IMG/VR virus record: IMGVR_UViG_3300047673_000352
From: an uncultured virus (IMG/VR IMGVR_UViG_3300047673_000352)
Taxonomy: Duplodnaviria; Heunggongvirae; Uroviricota; Caudoviricetes
Length of the DNA stretch: 64,000 nucleotides
Strand: one strand, 5' to 3'
A model generated the notes under the pieces. The model saw only the letters and a list, made by a program, of their open reading frames with translations, was not told the DNA's origin and searched no databases. Both the position numbers and the translations under genes were made by a program. Below, one piece after another: positions 20,640-30,037 of this stretch (positions are counted from its first letter, which is position 1; the number at the start of each line of letters is the position of its first letter).

Positions 20640-20853
20640 GCCCAATCGGAAAATCCAACTCTTCGAACGCCCGCCGCGCAAGGCTTTTAACACCTAAAGT
20701 TGGATTATTGAGTAATTGTATAAGGTAAGAATACGTATAGGAGAATATAGAGGCTATATAGATGCCGAACTGTAGCCAACTAGCCCAATTCCCAATCAAA
20801 GGTGTCGAAGCCTTACAGGGCGGGCGTTCTGGCGAGTTGGCTACAATTGGGCA
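20640..20853. repeat. Two inverted homologous hairpin elements flanking an AT-rich core; candidate replication origin
   Basis: GAACGCCCGCC-N4-AAGGCTT-N2/3-ACACCT at 20665-20695 (+) and 20800-20829 (-), each inside its own stem. Confidence 0.65.
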
Positions 20854-20865
20854 GGCGCGGCAAGA

Positions 20866-21030
20866 TCAATGCCAGAACAGGAGTACCACCAAGGCAACGT
20901 CGAAAGCGGCCCACCTTGGTCGAAGAAGCGGGACGCTTTCAATGAATTCGATTGCGTCAATAAGACGCTCGCGGATTCGGCTTGTGCGCGGCTCTGTCTG
21001 TGCGATTTGTTCCATGTCACTAGGCTCCAT
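20866..21030 (-). CDS. Small hypothetical protein, 54 aa, hydrophobic C-terminus
   Basis: Hand-translated MEPSDMEQIAQ...FDVALVVLLFWH*. Confidence 0.4.
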   Translation of the reverse strand: MEPSDMEQIAQTEPRTSRIRERLIDAIEFIESVPLLRPRWAAFDVALVVLLFWH

Positions 21031-21115
21031 AAAAGTTTTGAATAAGACGCCGAATATTCAAGTCAGAATTGTTGGCGTCACCACCGTTTGGTCTCTCGCT
21101 TTAGCCGTGGCGGCA

Positions 21116-21973
21116 TTATTCGTTTTCGTCTTCTCTGTATCCGATGACTGGCATTTTTCTACAGCGGCAATTGATTGCCCATCCAGGCGGTCCCTGATCT
21201 GATTTTGGACCTTCCCATAGGCGCGGATCGTCCAATGAGAATATTTCGCCGTCCTTATCAACGTGACTTTGTCGCGGAACCTTCCCTGCGGACGAGTGAA
21301 GCCACTTGAAGTACCCGCAACCGTTCTGCCGTAACCTCTCGTCAGATAGCGCGCTGTACAGCTTGCTCGTCTGGTCACGTGCAATCAGGTCAACGCGCTT
21401 CTTCGCGAACGATCCTGCTTCACGGAGAGCGTTCTGGATTCCAGACGCTCCTTGCTCTTCCGGATTAGGCGACGTCAACGACAGCATCACCGCGCTGTAA
21501 ATCTTTTCGTGGACATCCTTCTGGATGTTCGTTATGAGCGTGTGGTTGAACTCAGTGGACGCACCAAGCGTCGCCGCGACGTTGTTATTATAGGTCGTGC
21601 GCGGCTCCTTGACTCCAGCAGCGGATAAGCTGAACCACGTGGATGACTTCGAGTGATCATCCACCTTCTCAACGAACTCTGGCGCGTACTTCTGCGCGAA
21701 TCCGCTGAACACTTCGGACCACTTTCTATTCAACCGGCGCATGACGCGCTGAAAGACCGAATCAGCGGCATCTTCAGCATAGAACGCCTCAACCTCTGGG
21801 TGTTCCAGCGCCTCTTGAAGCTCTTTCCGGTAATCCTTCACCATCTCGTTCGTGACGGCGAGCATCAGCCCTTCGTACCACGAACGAATGGCTGCGCTGG
21901 GTCCGAGCGGCTTGCCGTATGCGACCGGCTCAGCCGCGCGACGTTCGCGCTTCTTGGAGGCTTGGAATGGCAT
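21116..21973 (-). CDS. Minor head protein (SPP1 gp7 / Mu gpF family)
   Basis: IARDQT.KL, W.HS, R..H...DG..F, PG..INCRC. Confidence 0.9.
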   Translation of the reverse strand: MPFQASKKRERRAAEPVAYGKPLGPSAAIRSWYEGLMLAVTNEMVKDYRKELQEALEHPEVEAFYAEDAADSVFQRVMRRLNRKWSEVFSGFAQKYAPEFVEKVDDHSKSSTWFSLSAAGVKEPRTTYNNNVAATLGASTEFNHTLITNIQKDVHEKIYSAVMLSLTSPNPEEQGASGIQNALREAGSFAKKRVDLIARDQTSKLYSALSDERLRQNGCGYFKWLHSSAGKVPRQSHVDKDGEIFSLDDPRLWEGPKSDQGPPGWAINCRCRKMPVIGYREDENE

Positions 21974-21975
21974 CG

Positions 21976-24339
21976 TTATGCCTTGGGCGGCATCGCGCAC
22001 TCACCGGCTTCGAGCCAGTTCTTGAAGTCGTCCATTGACATCTTCTGGCACGAGTCATAACCCTTGAAGTTTTCATCGTGAGCAGCGTTGTACGCGGCGA
22101 TGGCTGACTCTTCGTCGTCATACCCGATCATCGTCTTGTACTCGTCAAACTCGCCGTTGTCGTCCTTCTGACTGATCACGAATACGTCTTGGGAACGCGC
22201 GTTGGGACCGATGAAGCAATCCACTTCGTCACCGTCCGCGCCGTCGAAGCCCTTGATGTACCCGTAGTGATCAGGCATCTCCACAGACCACTCGCTGCCG
22301 TCCATGTTCATCCCTTCGCGGACAGTGCCGCGCGGATTCTCGATGACGATGTTCAAGCCGTTCAAGCGCATCTTTGGAAGCTTGTGCGCCGCCATCGGGC
22401 CGATCACCTTTGCATCGCCAGCGCGTTGGCTTGATGGGACGACGCTGGGCTTGGACGTGCGACTGGTGCCAGGGCGCGTTCCTTGGATCGCGGGACCGTC
22501 CTGCGGCTTATTCTGTCCCAATACAGCGTGCGCCAAAGCGAGGATGGCGAGTTGCATCGGGTCGGCGTTTTGCTGCGCGCCGCCCTTTCCGGACACTAAA
22601 CCGTGCGCGATCACAGGAATCAACGCCTGCAACGGGTCGCCAGCGAGCGCTCCAGCGCCTTCTACGGTGTCCGTTTCGGAGCCTTCCGCGCCGGGTTCGC
22701 CCTTCTTCGCTACCATCGCACCGGCATTGGCTTCGGTGTTGACGGCGTTTGCCTTCTCCTGCTCCGAACCGGCCTTTTGCAGCGCTGCGATATTCTCAGG
22801 CGACATGCCAGGCGTCTGGTTTGCGGGCGCGTCTTCAAGGCGGTTGTAGCCGCTGTGCTCGTCGTCCTTAACCCGGTTGCGCTCTTCGTCGGCAGAGATG
22901 ACGCCAGCGTTGATCAGGGCAATGCCGGTGTTCGCCTTCTTGTCGTTGAGCTCAGCGCGCTCTGCGGCAGTGATCGAGTCCACAGAGTTGCAGACGACTT
23001 CAACTTCAGTGGCGATTCCTTCGCTGCGGCAAAGGATATCATAGTGCCTTTCGAGCATCGGCATCATCACGTGCTCTTGCACTGACTCAAGCTCTTCGTG
23101 ATAGCTCTTCATCTCGAATTCGCCAGTGGCGTTGAAGCCCTTCGGTGACGTCCCAAGGAGCTTCGTGGCAGGCGTACGCGCGATGGCCGCGACCAGCTGA
23201 TACTGGTTCATGATGATGGAGTCGAAGTCTGACATATTGGTGTCAAACTGCTCCATCGCTTCCTCTTTTCCCAGCACCTTCACGCCGTGGTTGTCGCGGT
23301 ATCGAATCCACGTCAGCAGGCGTTGCTCGAAGCCTTCCTGGTCCGCCATTACTTTGTCCAGGTCGGCGTGAATGGCCATCGTTCGTTTCGACATCGCCAT
23401 CAGGGGCGCTTCGTTCGCCGTCCGCTCAGCGGCATAGACCCGTTCATAGATGCGCTGCGTCAACGGCACGCCGCCGAAGATGTACGTTGGCTTCAGAATG
23501 TCGGCAGGCTGCGGGCCGCGAACGATGCACAGATGCGAGCGGTGATACTTCTTCCCGCTGATGACCCAGAATTCAGGGTCGTAAAAGTGAATGTCTGACG
23601 GATCGCTGGTGCCGCGAGTCGTCATCACCGGCATCATCCAGTACGGGTCGATTTGCGAGATGCCGTCATACGATCCCTTTGTCACGCCGTCGATGTTGAA
23701 CGGCTTTTCGTAGTACAAAGGGTCTTCAGAGCGAACCTTGAAAATGGCAACGCGAATGCCGAAGACGTTTTTGAACCGGTTCAGTTCGATCAAGTTGGCC
23801 TTGACCGAATAGCGCTTGTCAGCGGACAGAATCAGGTCGTGTGCTTCCTTGTCCAAGTCGTCGCCGCCGCGCGCCTTAATGACCCAGCCGTTGCGCACCG
23901 CGTCCTCACCGGACATCGAGCACGCCTTGTCCACCAGCCAGTGTTGGGCGATGATCGCGCACGCCTGATAGCCGATGAAGCTCTGGGACATGTACCAGCT
24001 TTGAAGACCGACTGGCACGGTGTACTCAGACGGACTGGCCTTTAGCATTCCTGTGCCATCGCTGTCGTCCATGATCGCGCCCTGACTCTTGAGCTTCAGG
24101 GCCGCGTCGCCAATCGCCTTGACGGTCGTTACGGAGTCGTCGCCAGCGAGCGCATCGGACACAGGGAAGTCGGTGGCGCTACGCAGCTTGAATTGCGGGC
24201 CGTGGTCAATCCAGTTTTTGCGATTCTGGATTGGGTCGAGCGGATCGACCGCGAGAATTTCTGCCCGCTTCTCTTCTTCCGTAGCGACTGCTTGCGGCTG
24301 GGCGCGGGTGAATAGCTTGCGAAGAAGGGATGGGATCAT
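21976..24339 (-). CDS. Portal protein (DUF1073-like) with C-terminal inorganic-pyrophosphatase-like domain
   Basis: DA.R.GW, H.S, IP.TKL.G.SP.GFNATGE portal motifs; C-terminal IENPRG...HYGYI...GADGDEVD. Confidence 0.85.
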   Translation of the reverse strand: MIPSLLRKLFTRAQPQAVATEEEKRAEILAVDPLDPIQNRKNWIDHGPQFKLRSATDFPVSDALAGDDSVTTVKAIGDAALKLKSQGAIMDDSDGTGMLKASPSEYTVPVGLQSWYMSQSFIGYQACAIIAQHWLVDKACSMSGEDAVRNGWVIKARGGDDLDKEAHDLILSADKRYSVKANLIELNRFKNVFGIRVAIFKVRSEDPLYYEKPFNIDGVTKGSYDGISQIDPYWMMPVMTTRGTSDPSDIHFYDPEFWVISGKKYHRSHLCIVRGPQPADILKPTYIFGGVPLTQRIYERVYAAERTANEAPLMAMSKRTMAIHADLDKVMADQEGFEQRLLTWIRYRDNHGVKVLGKEEAMEQFDTNMSDFDSIIMNQYQLVAAIARTPATKLLGTSPKGFNATGEFEMKSYHEELESVQEHVMMPMLERHYDILCRSEGIATEVEVVCNSVDSITAAERAELNDKKANTGIALINAGVISADEERNRVKDDEHSGYNRLEDAPANQTPGMSPENIAALQKAGSEQEKANAVNTEANAGAMVAKKGEPGAEGSETDTVEGAGALAGDPLQALIPVIAHGLVSGKGGAQQNADPMQLAILALAHAVLGQNKPQDGPAIQGTRPGTSRTSKPSVVPSSQRAGDAKVIGPMAAHKLPKMRLNGLNIVIENPRGTVREGMNMDGSEWSVEMPDHYGYIKGFDGADGDEVDCFIGPNARSQDVFVISQKDDNGEFDEYKTMIGYDDEESAIAAYNAAHDENFKGYDSCQKMSMDDFKNWLEAGECAMPPKA

Positions 24340-24374
24340 TGGAGGGTCTGTGGATTAGATGGACTATCGCGCGT

Positions 24375-24394
24375 ATCTTAACGACATACAGTGT
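24375..24394 (-). promoter_or_regulatory. Putative late promoter ACAC-N10-TAAGAT for the portal gene
   Basis: Shared motif and spacing. Confidence 0.5.
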
Positions 24395-24465
24395 AGGTGT
24401 AGCCATCCTAAGTTGTTGATCTGCATGAAGAAGATCACTATTTTCACAAAAGTGACACAAAGTTA

Positions 24466-24495
24466 TTGCCTGGCGAAATACTCTCAGGTTAAGAT
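24466..24495 (+). promoter_or_regulatory. Early sigma70-type promoter TTGCCT-N18-TAAGAT
   Basis: A-tract upstream; followed by the GGAGCTAAACGCC leader. Confidence 0.6.
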
Positions 24496-24540
24496 TCTCT
24501 CACGTTGTACGAACTTACTGACTGAACGGAGCTAAACGCC

Positions 24541-24723
24541 ATGAACAATGCAGCAGATATCCTTGAGCACCGCGACAACTTTTTGAACGACTTGATCACC
24601 GGCAGCGTATCCGTCGAATACGTCGAAGCACAAGGCAAAAATCTCAAGAACTCTCTTGCCAAGCGCGCTGGCGCGAAGATGGCCGTTCGCGAGTTCAAAG
24701 AAATAGAATCCAACCGGAGCTAA
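24541..24723 (+). CDS. Early hypothetical protein
   Basis: GGAGCTAAACGCC-ATG start. Confidence 0.7.
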   Translation: MNNAADILEHRDNFLNDLITGSVSVEYVEAQGKNLKNSLAKRAGAKMAVREFKEIESNRS

Positions 24724-24728
24724 ACGCC

Positions 24729-25640
24729 ATGACCTTCGCAGAAAACATCACCGGCTTTGACGATATGCAGGACGACGATCTGGGCCGTGTTCCGACCGCA
24801 TCGGAACTCGCCGCGATGCCGAAGTCCAAGAAGTTCGAAAAGCGGACGCCGACCGACCGCGCCGAAACGCTCTACAGCGAGCCGTGCAGTAAGTGTCGCG
24901 GCCAAGGCTACATCGGCGCGTACGCCTTCCGCGAGGCCGGTAAGTGCTATCAGTGCGATGGCAAGGGCGTTCTCACCTTCAAGACTCCGAAGGCCGTCCG
25001 CGACGCGAACAAGCTCAAGGCCGCAGAGCGGAAGGAGCGTAAGCGCGCCGAAAACCTCGCGGAATTCGAGAAGGAGCATCCCAAGGTCGCAGCTTGGTGG
25101 ACCGGCTCTGACTTCCCCTTCGCCGTCGATCTGCGCGAAAAGGCGATGCAGTACGGAAACCTTACGGCAGGCCAGCTGGCCGCTGCTCTGCGATGCGCAG
25201 AGAAGTTCGGAGCGGCAAAGGAAGCGCGAGCCAAGATGGCTTCAGCCGCGCCGCAGGTGGATATCTCGTCGGTCACCGCTTCGTTTGCTCGTGCCATCCG
25301 GAAAGGCGTCGCCAAGCCGAAAATGCGTCTGCTGGGCGACGGGCAAAAGCTCACTTTCTCCCGCGCTCCGGAGTCTGGCGCGAACGCTGGTGCAGTGTAC
25401 GTCAAGGACGACTCCGGCACGTATCTGGGCAAGATTGCCAACGACAAGTTCCAGAAGTCCCGCGACTGCACGGACGATGGTGCCAAGGCCGTTCTGGCGG
25501 CTTGCGCGGACCCGGAGCAGGCAGCAATCGCGTTCGGCAAGGAGTTCGGCTTGTGCTCGATCTGCAATCGTACGCTCACCGACCCTGATTCGGTTGCGCG
25601 CGGCATCGGCCCGATTTGCGCTGACAACTTCTTCGGCTGA
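24729..25640 (+). CDS. Zn-finger protein with DUF6011-like C-terminus
   Basis: CxxCxGxG twice; C-terminal C..C.R.LTDP.S..RGIGP.C. Confidence 0.8.
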   Translation: MTFAENITGFDDMQDDDLGRVPTASELAAMPKSKKFEKRTPTDRAETLYSEPCSKCRGQGYIGAYAFREAGKCYQCDGKGVLTFKTPKAVRDANKLKAAERKERKRAENLAEFEKEHPKVAAWWTGSDFPFAVDLREKAMQYGNLTAGQLAAALRCAEKFGAAKEARAKMASAAPQVDISSVTASFARAIRKGVAKPKMRLLGDGQKLTFSRAPESGANAGAVYVKDDSGTYLGKIANDKFQKSRDCTDDGAKAVLAACADPEQAAIAFGKEFGLCSICNRTLTDPDSVARGIGPICADNFFG

Positions 25641-25690
25641 TCACGAAGTCGCGGCATAATTGTCGCGCCTATTCCAGAAAGGAAAAGAAA

Positions 25691-26446
25691 GTGGAACACG
25701 ATTTGACAAAGGTCAAAGAGCGCATTGCCAAGCTTCTGTCGATGGCCAAGGATGCGTCCAGCCCGAATGAAGCCGCGATTGCCGCGCAGCGCGCTCGCGC
25801 TCTTATGGACAAGTATCAGTTGGATGAATACGACATCAGCGAAGCCGCGCCAGTCCAGTTCGGCGAGTCCGATGCAACGCGCGCCTTCTCAGCGATGCCG
25901 TATCACGTCGAAATTCTGTCTTCATTCGTCGGTCGTTACAACGACTGCCAGGCAGTTTTAACGCCTGCAGAAGTGACCTTCAAGATGGCATCCAAGGCGA
26001 ATCAGAGCGAGAAGAAAGGCACCGGACGCACCAAGTCTTGGGGCAAAAAGATTGTATTTCGCGGATATGAAGCGGACGCGCAGATGGCCGCTGACATGCT
26101 TAATCGCTTGCTGGAAAACATCGACTCGCTCTGTAAGAAGTACATGCAGGAGTATCACAGCGGTCGATATAACGTGCGCATCGGCGGCGAGTATAAGACC
26201 GGCTGCGCTCTTCAGCTTATTGCCCAATTCAAGTTGATGTTGACAGAGCGCGAGCAGCTGACAGTCTCAAACGGCACTGCGCTTGTCGTTCTGAAGATGG
26301 CTGCTGTGAACGAGCACTACGCGCCGCCGACTAAGCAGAATGACCGCAACAAGAAGTGGAACGAGGACGGCCAAAGCGCTCACGCGCGTCAGACAGGCTA
26401 CATTGACGGCCACAAAATCGAAATCATCAAACGTTTGGACGACTAA
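25691..26446 (+). CDS. DUF2786-domain protein
   Basis: RIAKLL.MA....SPNEA..A..RA..LM.KY.L. Confidence 0.8.
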   Translation: MEHDLTKVKERIAKLLSMAKDASSPNEAAIAAQRARALMDKYQLDEYDISEAAPVQFGESDATRAFSAMPYHVEILSSFVGRYNDCQAVLTPAEVTFKMASKANQSEKKGTGRTKSWGKKIVFRGYEADAQMAADMLNRLLENIDSLCKKYMQEYHSGRYNVRIGGEYKTGCALQLIAQFKLMLTEREQLTVSNGTALVVLKMAAVNEHYAPPTKQNDRNKKWNEDGQSAHARQTGYIDGHKIEIIKRLDD

Positions 26447-26448
26447 TC

Positions 26449-27015
26449 ATGCGACTCATAACAGCACAGCTGCACGCGATATATGTTTGGGACGGCGACG
26501 ATGCGAAGAAGGCAGCGCAGACTGCCAGGCTTGTCGAAGCGCGACGTGACGCCCTTGCCAAGCTCGACATCAAAACTGACGAAACGGACCTGGCCCGTGC
26601 GATCCAGGTTGTGGTCACTGAGCGCCAGTTGGCCGATCTTATGATCATGGGCCAGTCGGTCCAAGCGCAGGCGTCGTTGAACGTGGCTGAAGACCCTATC
26701 ATGCGCGCCGCCCAAGCCATTGAAGTAGCGGCAGAGAAAGTCGCGCGCTTCTCCGAAAGTCTGCCTGAAGTGAACAACAACTTCAACGAGCGCGTGGAAG
26801 TCTATACGCCCGGTGCAGGCCTGATGCTGTTTAACCGTGTTATGCTGCTACAGGACGCCTGCAGCGACGCGCTGCAAATGGAGATGGACAACGGCTGGCG
26901 GATCATCGCCGCGTGCCCGCAACCGGACCAGCGCCGACCGGACTACATTTTGGGCAGGTACGATCCCAAATACGCGCTGGAGAGCGGCGCGAACAACTCT
27001 GCCCTTCGCGGGTAA
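26449..27015 (+). CDS. Hypothetical protein
   Basis: 188-aa ORF; GWRIIA.CPQPDQRRPDYILGR. Confidence 0.7.
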   Translation: MRLITAQLHAIYVWDGDDAKKAAQTARLVEARRDALAKLDIKTDETDLARAIQVVVTERQLADLMIMGQSVQAQASLNVAEDPIMRAAQAIEVAAEKVARFSESLPEVNNNFNERVEVYTPGAGLMLFNRVMLLQDACSDALQMEMDNGWRIIAACPQPDQRRPDYILGRYDPKYALESGANNSALRG

Positions 27016-27037
27016 TCCGATAACTTCAGGAGCACTA

Positions 27038-27442
27038 ATGAAACGCACTCGCATCTGCGCCGCCATCGCCTGTGGCCTATCCCTTTTCGCGCTTTCCGGT
27101 TGTGATGTGTACCCACCGTACAAGGTCTATTCACAACGCATGGACGGCGAAGCCGAACTGGCCAAGGCCAACTACTCCAAGCAGGTCCAGATCCAGGACG
27201 CGCTTGCGAAGAAGGAAAGCGCAAAGGCACTCGCGGACGCAGAAGTAATCCGCGCCCAAGGCGTTGCGCAGGCCAACAAGATCATTGGCGATTCGCTCAA
27301 GGGCAATGACGGTTATCTGCGATATCTGTGGATCAACAAACTTGGCGACGCTGAAGGGCGCGGCCAGGTGATCTACGTGCCGACCGAAGCCGGGTTGCCG
27401 ATCATGGAAGCGGGTCGCGCGTCTGCGAAGGTTCAGCAGTGA
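27038..27442 (+). CDS. Lipoprotein resembling the SPFH/band-7 coiled-coil C-terminus
   Basis: Lipobox LSGC; AE..RA.G.A.AN......L....YL.YLWI...IYVPTEAGLP. Confidence 0.7.
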   Translation: MKRTRICAAIACGLSLFALSGCDVYPPYKVYSQRMDGEAELAKANYSKQVQIQDALAKKESAKALADAEVIRAQGVAQANKIIGDSLKGNDGYLRYLWINKLGDAEGRGQVIYVPTEAGLPIMEAGRASAKVQQ

Positions 27443-27657
27443 ACGCAAAGGCAAAGACGTACATCACCACGCCGGACAGCGTGTTCAACTACGATATGAA
27501 CTTGCTGCAGACCGGCGTGAAGTGCATCCTTCTGAATCCTGGCGGCGTTGCCTGCCTTGGATCGGTGACGAACTCGACGCGCAACCACTTCATCGCTTGG
27601 GCACCGATGCCGAAGCGTGACAAAGAACGCGAGCGCCAAATGGGGATAAAGATATGA
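27439..27657 (+). CDS. Hypothetical protein
   Basis: Coupled ORF; AWAPMPK motif. Confidence 0.6.
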   Translation: MNAKAKTYITTPDSVFNYDMNLLQTGVKCILLNPGGVACLGSVTNSTRNHFIAWAPMPKRDKERERQMGIKI

Positions 27658-27887
27658 CCAAAGACTACGTTGGCGCGCCTTCCAAGTCCAAGCTTGGCGT
27701 GATTCGCGGCGTGCCGTTCGTGGATACGCCGCGCGAGCAGCTGGAGACCGTGACCGTATCGCGAGCGTCCTGGGAAGAGCTAAAGGGCGGCGTTAAGCTG
27801 GCCCAGGAAGGAGCTTTGGCGGCTTGCTGTCTTTCCGGTCTCGCAATCGCCGTCGCGTTGATTGTGGCGATGAACGTTTGGCGCTGA
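27654..27887 (+). CDS. Hypothetical membrane protein
   Basis: C-terminal hydrophobic helix; ATGA overlap. Confidence 0.6.
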   Translation: MTKDYVGAPSKSKLGVIRGVPFVDTPREQLETVTVSRASWEELKGGVKLAQEGALAACCLSGLAIAVALIVAMNVWR

Positions 27888-27946
27888 CGAGTGGTACACC
27901 GCGATTCCATAGTACAATTCGCGGTGTACTTTAGTTTGGAGGCCGA

Positions 27947-28135
27947 ATGGAATTTATCGCATGCCTGGTGTTTATCGGCCTTATGTTCTTTTGCTCGCCA
28001 GTCGATCACGTCAAGACAGCGGCATCCATCTTTTGGCTGGTGATTCTCTTCATCGGCTTCATCACATCTCCCGTTCCCACCACCACAAAGAAGGAAGCCA
28101 AAAAGTGTCCACCACAATCGAACACGAAAGCGTGA
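27947..28135 (+). CDS. Small two-helix membrane protein
   Basis: GGAGG RBS; two hydrophobic segments. Confidence 0.6.
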   Translation: MEFIACLVFIGLMFFCSPVDHVKTAASIFWLVILFIGFITSPVPTTTKKEAKKCPPQSNTKA

Positions 28136-28138
28136 CGA

Positions 28139-28169
28139 AATCGGACGGTCTTGTTGCAACCGTCCGATT
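28139..28169. terminator. Hairpin between convergent transcription units
   Basis: Perfect 11-bp inverted repeat AATCGGACGGT/ACCGTCCGATT. Confidence 0.55.
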
Positions 28170-28222
28170 GTTCAGAGATGAAGAGGGCAGCTGGGACTGC
28201 GCCTGTACCGTCGAAGAAGACG

Positions 28223-29824
28223 TCAAAAGAACGTCGCAGCAGAGCGCTTCGGACGGATCATCGACATAATCAACGCGTCCGCAACGTTAGGCGACTTGAT
28301 GCCCCTGTCGCGCAAGTCGTCTTTCGACTCCACCTTGAACTTGCCCATACGGTCCACGTCCTTGTGCGGCGACGCGAGTTCAAACTTGATCTTTTCCACC
28401 ATCGTCTTCCCCAGGGTTTCCGAGTTCAGCGAGATGAGCTCATCAACCGGGTGCTTGACTCCCAACTCCACCGCTTCATAGGTCTTGCGGAACCGCACCG
28501 CGACCTCATCCCACATCTGCGCTTTGATGTTTGAGAAGTGTTCACCGTTCGTGATTGTCACGTGTGGGAACACCATGTACGCGCCCTTGGGATCGTTGAC
28601 CGCGCCGCCAGCATTGAACGGCTCATAGATCACTCTGCGCTTGTTTTCTTCGTTCAACTCTGCAAACTTCGAGCCTGCAAACGCGCCTACGCCGATGGAG
28701 TCCCAGACGATCTGCGCGTTGTTCTCGACGGCCAGGTTAAAGACGCGCGTACAGCTTTTGAGAATCTGGTCCTCTAGGCCTGCCCACTCGTCAGCGTTCA
28801 TCACGACGTTGCCGTGAGAGTACACGGTTGCGTTCTTGTCCTCTCCATCGTCCGCAACGTCATACCCGATCTTTTTGGTGCCGGACGGCTCCCAGCCTAG
28901 CTTCTTGTGGGCGTCCACAGTCGCGATGATGTACTTCATCGGAATGATCGACTTATCCGCGCCCATCTTTGGCTCGCCACCGTACACGTGCACCGCGCTT
29001 TCCGGCTCGCGCTTGTAATAGTTATAGATCACCTTGAGCATGGTGACCGACAGAAACGGATTTTCCTGCCAATTTATCTCGCGCACAACAGTGTCTGCTG
29101 GCGGGTTGACGACGAAATTCTGGTACACGTAGTCAGTGAACTCATCCGGGTTGAAGATTAACCAAATCTGCGCGCCTTCTTTACGAATCGTCGGTTCAAT
29201 GACTTCCCACTGATCCTTATTGAGATAGTGCGCTTCTTCGAGCCACAGAATGTCAACCCCTTCTGTCGATTTAATTTCCTCAAGGTTTCTGGCGATCCCG
29301 TAAAATAAGAACTCCGAACCAGTTCGCTTGTGGCGAATAGATGTCTTGAGAATCTCGAATTCACCGCGATACGGTGACGCATTTATCTTGTCCTTGATAA
29401 GAGTGTATACAGACTCGCTGATGCGATTCTGGAATTGTCGGGCGCAGAGTATCTTGACGGTGTAGTTGGCCGCTAGGAACACCGCGTATCCAGCGGCATC
29501 GTGCGACTTGGACGAGCCGCGCCCACCGTACAGAACCTTGTACCGCGATTCGGTCTCCCAGAACGTCCGCAGCGCCGGGTTGAGCGAGTACAGTGCGATG
29601 TCTTTCCAGGAGTCGCGCTCCGACTCCAGCTGGCGCAACGTTATCGACTCGTAATGCTCATCATACGTCGCCAGACCCTGCTTGACCAGGGATATCTCGC
29701 GCGCCACCTGCTCGCCAGCTTCTTTGAGAAGTTTGGTGAGGGTCTCGTCAGTGTACTCATAGGCGGTGACCGGCCTGCGTGCGGCGTGCGGGTCGGACGC
29801 TTCTGGTGATAGCGGGATCGGCAT
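28223..29824 (-). CDS. terL: Terminase large subunit
   Basis: Walker A GGRGSSKS, Walker B ILWLEEA, nuclease GYDVAD and SPN.ADA. Confidence 0.95.
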   Translation of the reverse strand: MPIPLSPEASDPHAARRPVTAYEYTDETLTKLLKEAGEQVAREISLVKQGLATYDEHYESITLRQLESERDSWKDIALYSLNPALRTFWETESRYKVLYGGRGSSKSHDAAGYAVFLAANYTVKILCARQFQNRISESVYTLIKDKINASPYRGEFEILKTSIRHKRTGSEFLFYGIARNLEEIKSTEGVDILWLEEAHYLNKDQWEVIEPTIRKEGAQIWLIFNPDEFTDYVYQNFVVNPPADTVVREINWQENPFLSVTMLKVIYNYYKREPESAVHVYGGEPKMGADKSIIPMKYIIATVDAHKKLGWEPSGTKKIGYDVADDGEDKNATVYSHGNVVMNADEWAGLEDQILKSCTRVFNLAVENNAQIVWDSIGVGAFAGSKFAELNEENKRRVIYEPFNAGGAVNDPKGAYMVFPHVTITNGEHFSNIKAQMWDEVAVRFRKTYEAVELGVKHPVDELISLNSETLGKTMVEKIKFELASPHKDVDRMGKFKVESKDDLRDRGIKSPNVADALIMSMIRPKRSAATFF

Positions 29825-29947
29825 TTTGTAGTGTTCCGTGGTCGTTCGCGTTATTCTAGCGGTTCAGCGCGCGGCGTGGACTATCATCTTTGCGATGTCG
29901 ATAGAAATTATTTCGTCCACTCACCGTCAGATGGATCACGAAAACTG

Positions 29948-29976
29948 TTGCCGACTGGCGTTTTGTGCTTCATAAT
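29948..29976 (+). promoter_or_regulatory. Early sigma70-type promoter TTGCCG-N17-CATAAT
   Basis: Consensus spacing; upstream A-tract. Confidence 0.7.
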
Positions 29977-30037
29977 CCTTCTCATGCGCTGACGAGATGA
30001 AGCGCTAACCCAGAAAGACCTAGAAAGGAGCTTAGAC

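Noticed and set aside
20548..20799. 83-aa minus-strand ORF (also 20762-21202 on +)
   Set aside because: No RBS or recognisable motif; overlaps the twin-hairpin element, which explains the sequence better.
21976..24339. Anti-CBASS Acb1 label often given to this portal family
   Set aside because: No paired HxT/S 2H-phosphoesterase motifs were recognised; the C-terminal domain is pyrophosphatase-like.
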